Shown: in pieces, positions 63,482-64,000 of the stretch | How positions within the stretch are numbered: the stretch's first letter is position 1 | Layout of the letters: each line of letters begins with the position of its first letter | Program-made: the position numbers and the translations under genes | Notes under the pieces: model-generated | Database searches by the model: none | Told to the model about the DNA's origin: nothing | What the model saw: only the letters and a program-made list of their open reading frames with translations | Source: an uncultured Gemmatimonadaceae bacterium | Lineage (GTDB): Bacteria > Gemmatimonadota > Gemmatimonadetes > Gemmatimonadales > Gemmatimonadaceae | DNA: 64,000 nt | NCBI GenBank assembly: GCA_963822945.1 | Contig: CAWGJO010000020.1 | Span: 288,001 to 352,000 of the forward strand | Direction of reading: 5' to 3'

Positions 63482-64000
63482 GTGACCGACAAGCAGAAGC
63501 CGTCCGGCCGCCGTCCGCGATCGAAGTCCGGTGCCTCCACCCGAGGATCGGCGCACGGTCACGCCTCCGCGAAATCCGGTCCCGCGGCCAAGTCCGGCCG
63601 CTCGCGGGGCGGCGGCTCGCGCCGGCGCCGGGGCGGACGCGGCCGCAGCACGCAACCACAGGAGACGTCGCTCCCCACGTCGCGCAACGCCTACATGGAA
63701 ACGCGGCGGTGGCTCCTCGCGCAGCACGGTCCGGTGTGCGCCTACTGTGAGCGTCGCGTGGACGCCGATTCGATCACCCTCGACCATGCCACCCCCCGAC
63801 GGGGCAAGACGGCGTACGATCGGCGCGACAACCTGCTCCTCTCGTGTACCGAGTGCAACGCCCGCAAGAAGGATCAGTCGTTCCTCGCGTTCCTGCTCGG
63901 GCACCGCAAGAGCGCGGCGAGCGTCGTGCGCTACGGCCAGCATCTGAGTCCGATGCTGTTGCACATGGCAAAGGAGATCGCGGGGCCCGAAGCCACCGCG
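63482..64000 (+). CDS. HNH endonuclease-domain protein (3' partial) with basic disordered N-terminus
   Basis: Translated manually (absent from the ORF track): CAYC...TLDHATPRRG...DNLLLSCTECNARK. Confidence 0.85.
   Translation, partial: MTDKQKPSGRRPRSKSGASTRGSAHGHASAKSGPAAKSGRSRGGGSRRRRGGRGRSTQPQETSLPTSRNAYMETRRWLLAQHGPVCAYCERRVDADSITLDHATPRRGKTAYDRRDNLLLSCTECNARKKDQSFLAFLLGHRKSAASVVRYGQHLSPMLLHMAKEIAGPEATA

Overview
High-GC bacterial chromosomal window. Gene content (SusC/SusD in a high-GC background, TamA/TamB, many S9 peptidases) suggests Gemmatimonadota, but this is inference. Most of it is housekeeping or envelope genes: tsaD, lgt, an FTR1-cytochrome c fusion, tamA/tamB, a peptide ABC pair, a YumC-type reductase, a PduO-type adenosyltransferase, aroB, a sigma-70 factor, glcDEF, a ygfZ-like gene, a molybdopterin oxidoreductase, an AAA+/VWA pair, mutY and an ABC-F ATPase. 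It ends with a GH3 + SusC/SusD + three S9 peptidase + cupredoxin locus and a partial HNH gene. About ten genes carry single-base frameshifts, most likely assembly indel errors, which create several false fusions in the ORF track. No rRNA, tRNA, CRISPR array or classical transposase was seen. Best leads: (1) a GxxExxY nuclease gene bracketed by inverted triple-9-mer repeats, giving it a mobile-cassette or REP-like architecture; (2) a family of 7/8-nt tandem arrays that begin at stop codons, two of which share a 14-nt motif; (3) a peptidase-rich SusCD locus with vicinal-Cys motifs and a blue-copper protein; (4) a tandem pair of Zn-ribbon membrane proteins with conserved ends and a divergent middle.
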